Assembly (NCBI GenBank): GCA_019056785.1
Contig: DXJV01000068.1
Span: forward strand, 64,001-128,000
Reading direction: 5' to 3'
Origin: Candidatus Heimdallarchaeota archaeon
Lineage (GTDB): Archaea > Asgardarchaeota > Heimdallarchaeia > JABLTI01
DNA length: 64,000 bases
Positions within the stretch are counted from its first letter, which is position 1. Every line of letters begins with the position of its first letter. The position numbers were made by a program, and so were the translations under genes. This document shows, one piece after another, positions 59,934-64,000 of the stretch. The notes beneath the pieces are model-generated. The model was not told where the DNA came from, made no database searches, and saw only the letters and a list, made by a program, of their open reading frames with translations.

Positions 59934-61382
59934 TTACTCAAGTATTTTGTTCAGTGACAACGCCGGATAGTCCAAAGCGGCAACTAATTCTTGCATACTG
60001 TCTTTCGCCAATTCAACCCTCGAGTAACTTTTCAGTAGTTGGTTCACTTTATCTGTCGCTCGTTGGGCAATGGTTTTCCTTCCGAGAGCTATCCATTCAT
60101 CATTTGTTCCTCTGTCGATTAGCTTGCTGGGGAGATAGTGGTCCTTTCTAAACCACTTTAGGGTATGATCATGGGCGAGTAAGTGAGTGGTCTGCTCATC
60201 AAATTCTGCCAATAAATGTTTTGCAATGGGTTCATCCCGTTGTTGTATTCCTTCGACAAAACGATAGATCATCCCGCAAAGCTCGTTATCTATGACCACT
60301 TTTTGGATGCTCTGAGTTGTCTCAAAATTCAACATTCCCGCACCTGAAATCATGTTCACTCCCTTTATTCCTGCAAGAAGGGCGCCCATACCAGTTTCAA
60401 AGCCGGCTTGCATGTCTAAGATTTTTGTGTCTGACATGCCAAGGTAGGCGTGGGTTGGTATATTAAGGAATTTGCCAATTTCGACATAGCCAAGGTCCAG
60501 TATCATCGTATCAATCGACCCCATAGGTGTAGTACCTTTTCGCATATCAAATGCGGCTGGTGAGCCACCCCAAATGAGCGGCGCACTTGGAGAAACGAGC
60601 TGAGTGATAACTAACCCTGCCAAGGTTTCAGCAGTATGTTGAACGATGGCGCCGAGAATAGTCACAGGCGCATTTGCCCCTGTCATCGGCATCGAAACAA
60701 ATTCTGAAGGAATGCCTGCTTTTGCAGCATCAATTATACTCTGGCAAGTTAAGTCACTCCATTTTAAAGGGGGAGATGGGCATGCATCAAAAATGGCGAG
60801 AGGCTTTTGCTTTAGTTCTTTTTCACTTCCACGGATTGCGACTAGCATTTTCTTCATCGCGGCAAAATTTGTCTTAAGAAAAGTGCCGGTGACAATTGGC
60901 TTGCTGGAAAATATGAGGCTTAAGAATAATCGATATTTATCAGAGAGTTCTTTGGGGACATCGGAACAAATAATGGCCGTACTCTGGGCCTTAATATACT
61001 CGAGTTGCTCGACTACTTTAGTAAACTCAATATAATCTCGTGTAACTGCCGATCGAATTTCGCCTGTTTGATAATCAAGAACAGTTAGTGCCGCTGAACC
61101 GGGGTCAAAACAGATGTTTTCTTTTGTCAAGTCACAGACTTTTTTCCCCTCACGGTCAAAAAGTGGAATAATTGATGGGGCTGTGGAAAGTGCCTTCTCT
61201 ATAAGGTCAGGAGGAAATTTAACCCGATGCTTTTCAATATCAATTTCTGCATCATTCTCTTTTAAAAGTTCGAGTGCTTCTTGGTTCTCAATAAACGCGC
61301 CGATTTCTGCTAAAATCTCTTTTGCTTCACTAATAACCTTCTTCTTTAACTCCTCAGTTAGAACCTGTATCGCCGGCCTCAA
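59934..61382 (-). CDS. Non-pyrrolysine MttB-superfamily methyltransferase (methylated amine:corrinoid)
   Basis: GANAPVT, AETLAG, DMRKG, GMSDTK..DMQAGFE (Met at the Pyl-equivalent site), GAGML. Confidence 0.9.
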   Translation of the reverse strand: MRPAIQVLTEELKKKVISEAKEILAEIGAFIENQEALELLKENDAEIDIEKHRVKFPPDLIEKALSTAPSIIPLFDREGKKVCDLTKENICFDPGSAALTVLDYQTGEIRSAVTRDYIEFTKVVEQLEYIKAQSTAIICSDVPKELSDKYRLFLSLIFSSKPIVTGTFLKTNFAAMKKMLVAIRGSEKELKQKPLAIFDACPSPPLKWSDLTCQSIIDAAKAGIPSEFVSMPMTGANAPVTILGAIVQHTAETLAGLVITQLVSPSAPLIWGGSPAAFDMRKGTTPMGSIDTMILDLGYVEIGKFLNIPTHAYLGMSDTKILDMQAGFETGMGALLAGIKGVNMISGAGMLNFETTQSIQKVVIDNELCGMIYRFVEGIQQRDEPIAKHLLAEFDEQTTHLLAHDHTLKWFRKDHYLPSKLIDRGTNDEWIALGRKTIAQRATDKVNQLLKSYSRVELAKDSMQELVAALDYPALSLNKILE

Positions 61383-61457
61383 AATCGTTCGACCACCTTT
61401 TGCTAATTACTGCTTTCTTTTGTTAAAATCTTTTTGTGTCCTTGCTTTGTACCTACC

Positions 61458-62108
61458 TTATTCACGACGAAAGCTACAATTAAGAAGGTCGCATGTGTGG
61501 CATTCTCGCAAGCCCAGAAGAGGGTCAATTTCAAGGCCAACATTAACAGCAAAAGAAATACTCTTTTGGGGGATCATTAAGAATGAGGATGTTAAGCGAA
61601 CATCAATTTTTTCGGCTGGAAGCAAGTTAAAAATGGTTCTCTGCCCTTCTTCTAAGGGCCAACGGCAATAGCCAGGGCTGAAACGGTGCGTGAACTTTCG
61701 TCCGGGAAATTTTGCTCCAATTTCTTTACAGATAATTTGATAACTTTCTTCAGCAACGGCTTCCGCAGCACACGAAGCAATTGCATCAAGAATAACTGCT
61801 TGCGAAAGTTCGCCTTTATTTATGAGTTTATTACTCTCTTCTTCCAATGCTTTTCCAATAGTGCAAACACATAAAATTGTCCCTTCTGCTTTGGTAAATA
61901 GAAACCTTGGCGACAGCTGTTGGCTCGGGAAGAAATCATACAACGCTTTTGGTTTGATAAATGGTTTGGCAAACTCGAGTAGCTTTTCCACTTCTGTAAG
62001 CAAACTTTTTGGCGGTTCTTTCTGTTCCTCTCTTCCCTTTGCGCTGGTAAGAAGTTGCAGTATTTCCTGAATGGGCAATTGGAAAGGAATGGTTTCAATG
62101 ATCTTCAC
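61458..62108 (-). CDS. Methionine-synthase activation-domain-like protein
   Basis: CTIG, LDAIAS, RFSPGY, MIPQKSIS, C-terminal CxxCxxxxCxFR. Confidence 0.82.
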   Translation of the reverse strand: MKIIETIPFQLPIQEILQLLTSAKGREEQKEPPKSLLTEVEKLLEFAKPFIKPKALYDFFPSQQLSPRFLFTKAEGTILCVCTIGKALEEESNKLINKGELSQAVILDAIASCAAEAVAEESYQIICKEIGAKFPGRKFTHRFSPGYCRWPLEEGQRTIFNLLPAEKIDVRLTSSFLMIPQKSISFAVNVGLEIDPLLGLRECHTCDLLNCSFRRE

Positions 62109-62989
62109 TTGTTCTGCTCCTTCAGCCTATCAGCAATATGCTTAATATAGGTGGGGTTGGTCCCACAACAACCACCAATAATTTGTCCCCCTAAAGAAAC
62201 TATTTGAATGATGTCTGTAGCAAAGGCTTGGGGGCCAGTCGGGTAAATAGTCTCTGTGCCAACCAATTGCGGCCTGCCAGCATTCGGCTTAAAAACCAGA
62301 GGCTTATCTGTCAATTTGCGCATAATTGGCACTAAATCGATCATTTCATCACTTCCGATTGTACAATTTGCTCCAAGAACGTCTGCTCCAGCATTAGTCA
62401 AAGTACTAACGCATTCTTCTACAGTGTTACCCATAATGGTAAAGAATCCCCTTTTGGTCTTCTGAAAGGTTATAGACGTAAAAACCGGGACATCTGAAAC
62501 CTTTTTTACCGCTTTTGTCGCTGCTTCTGCTTCCTTCAAATCGACCATTGTCTCAATAAAAAAGAAATCCACTCCACAATCTGCAAGAATCTCTGCTTGC
62601 TCTAAATAGTTCTCCTCAAAATCCTTTATAGTTGCGCTTCCGACAGGAGGGAGAAATTTGCCAGAAGGACCAATATCCCCGGCTATAAATCGTCCTTTGG
62701 GACAAGCTGCGCGGGCATTTCCTATTGCCTTGCGATTAAATTCTTCAACTTTATCAGCAAAACCATGTGCAGCTAATTTCAATCGCGACGCTCCGAATGT
62801 GTTGCTCAGTACAGCATCTGCTCCTGCTAAAAAATACTCTTTATGAATTCTTTGAATGACTGTTGGTTTTGTGGCGTTCCAACTATCTGGGGGAGTGCCC
62901 GGGGGCAGCCCTTCGGCAATCAGTAGAGAACCCATGCCGCCGTCGAGGAGCAATACCCGTTCCTCTAGTACCTCGAGGATTGATTGCAT
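62105..62989 (-). CDS. Homocysteine S-methyltransferase module (MetH N-terminal-like)
   Basis: DGGMG, NTFGA, IETM, GANC, PNAG.P, GGCCGT zinc ligands. Confidence 0.93.
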   Translation of the reverse strand: MQSILEVLEERVLLLDGGMGSLLIAEGLPPGTPPDSWNATKPTVIQRIHKEYFLAGADAVLSNTFGASRLKLAAHGFADKVEEFNRKAIGNARAACPKGRFIAGDIGPSGKFLPPVGSATIKDFEENYLEQAEILADCGVDFFFIETMVDLKEAEAATKAVKKVSDVPVFTSITFQKTKRGFFTIMGNTVEECVSTLTNAGADVLGANCTIGSDEMIDLVPIMRKLTDKPLVFKPNAGRPQLVGTETIYPTGPQAFATDIIQIVSLGGQIIGGCCGTNPTYIKHIADRLKEQNK

Positions 62990-63005
62990 TTCTCACACCC
63001 ACTCT

Positions 63006-63641
63006 TTAGTTTTTGATTAATTGTTTGGCTAAACGAACTGCTTCAACGGCATTTTCAGCCGTACCATCGGCACCAATTTCTTCCACCCACTTTTTTGTTA
63101 CCGGCGCCCCTCCGACAAGAACTTTGAATCTATTGCGAAGTCCTTGCTCAATCAAGCGGTCTATAAGTTTCTTCTGCCCAACCATTGTCGTTGTGAGCAA
63201 AGAAGAAATGCAAATAAGGTCAGCATCAACCTCGAGAGCTTTTGAGATAAACGTCTCTATAGGGACGTCGTGTCCCAAGTCAAACACTTCGAACCCTTCT
63301 GCAGAAAGCATTGCAGCAACCAGTGTTTTACCAATATCATGAATGTCACCAAAAATTGTCCCGATAACGACTTTGCCAAGCGTTCGCTTTTTCATCTTCG
63401 CCCCCAGCTTTGGTTGGAGGATTGCCATTGCAGCCTTCATAGCCTCCGCACTCCGCATCAACTCTGGAAGGAAAAATTCTCCTTCTTCGAACAAGTCACC
63501 GGCTTTACGAATAGCTTCTGAGAACGCATCAACAATTGCAGGTATGTCCATTCCGGCGGCAATTGCCTCAGATGCGAGTTTTTGTGCAAGAGCCTTGTCA
63601 CCTGTTAAGATTGCTTTTTGGTAGTCGTTTGAAAAAGGCAC
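63006..63641 (-). CDS. Corrinoid (B12-binding) protein
   Basis: FFLPEL, GDIHDIGK (DxHxxG), DLG.DV, SSLLTTTM, GGAP. Confidence 0.95.
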   Translation of the reverse strand: MPFSNDYQKAILTGDKALAQKLASEAIAAGMDIPAIVDAFSEAIRKAGDLFEEGEFFLPELMRSAEAMKAAMAILQPKLGAKMKKRTLGKVVIGTIFGDIHDIGKTLVAAMLSAEGFEVFDLGHDVPIETFISKALEVDADLICISSLLTTTMVGQKKLIDRLIEQGLRNRFKVLVGGAPVTKKWVEEIGADGTAENAVEAVRLAKQLIKN

Positions 63642-63740
63642 TCTTCCTAACCTACTTTTGTAAATGTTTACCTTCTACTGTGGGAAAAAAGCTATTTAGA
63701 CTTTACCTAGAAAGGGGAAGGGAGAAAAAAAAGAAAAAGC

Positions 63741-64000
63741 TTATTCTTTGCTCTTTTTTTCTGCTTGTTGAAGATATTCGAGAACCATCTGATCGACAGT
63801 ATTAAAACCTAGCACCACAGCAAGCTCGTCGAGAACTTTATGTGCATGTTCCCGAATCTGCTCAGAATCATCTTTCTGAGAGATGTCATATAATAAAGGT
63901 ATGAAACTAACGTCGTCAAGCTTGCCTATTGCTCGAGTGGCGATAAATCGAAGTTCTTCACTATATTCCGCGCCTGTACATTTACGAAGAAGCTCTTTCG
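63741..64000 (-). CDS. HEAT-repeat protein, 5'-truncated by window edge
   Basis: Manual translation ...ELRFIATRAIGKLDDVSFIPLLYDISQKDDSEQIREHAHKVL...KKSKE*. Confidence 0.7.
   Translation of the reverse strand, partial: KELLRKCTGAEYSEELRFIATRAIGKLDDVSFIPLLYDISQKDDSEQIREHAHKVLDELAVVLGFNTVDQMVLEYLQQAEKKSKE

Noticed and set aside
2978-63805. Numerous antisense and nested ORFs in the track (e.g. 61114..61671, 43354..43830, 27106..27585)
   Set aside because: Shadows of well-supported genes, with no motifs of their own.
1-64000. Genome-wide TAG (pyrrolysine) or TGA recoding
   Set aside because: Many full-length genes end normally in TAG (purS, R1, A2, FIST, ferredoxin) or TGA (mutL, map, xpd), and the MttB has Met at the Pyl-equivalent site.
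1-64000. CRISPR array, IS element, integrase or provirus
   Set aside because: No spaced 25-40-bp repeats, and no transposase, integrase or capsid motifs recognised.

Overview
Gene-dense, AT-rich (~38% GC by eye) archaeal chromosome segment. By inference it comes from an Asgard (Heimdallarchaeia-like) genome, because it encodes a longin-domain protein, a membrane PCI/zinc-ribbon protein, a eukaryote-like PriS/PriL primase, PurP, geranylgeranyl reductase and a PGF-CTERM surface protein. Contents: a loose de novo purine cluster (two purP paralogs, purE, purD, purSQL, purF, purM) interrupted by a tandemly duplicated two-gene module (surface protein + membrane-anchored wHTH regulator) with a 4x11-bp candidate operator; a 30-37 kb accessory stretch with damaged genes (ABC ATPase, cysK, UbiA) and an N-myristoyltransferase-like tandem GNAT; mutS/mutL; MetAP2 with a long basic N-terminal tail; an unannotated ~320-nt structured RNA candidate with two K-loop-like hairpins (50460-50785); XPD and primase; a ferredoxin missed by the ORF track; a transmembrane-anchored SepF; and a corrinoid protein/homocysteine methyltransferase/activation domain/non-pyrrolysine MttB operon (split, folate-module-free methionine synthase). 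CTCGAG is strongly over-represented. I saw no tRNA, rRNA, CRISPR array or transposase. All family calls come from motif recognition by eye, not database searches.
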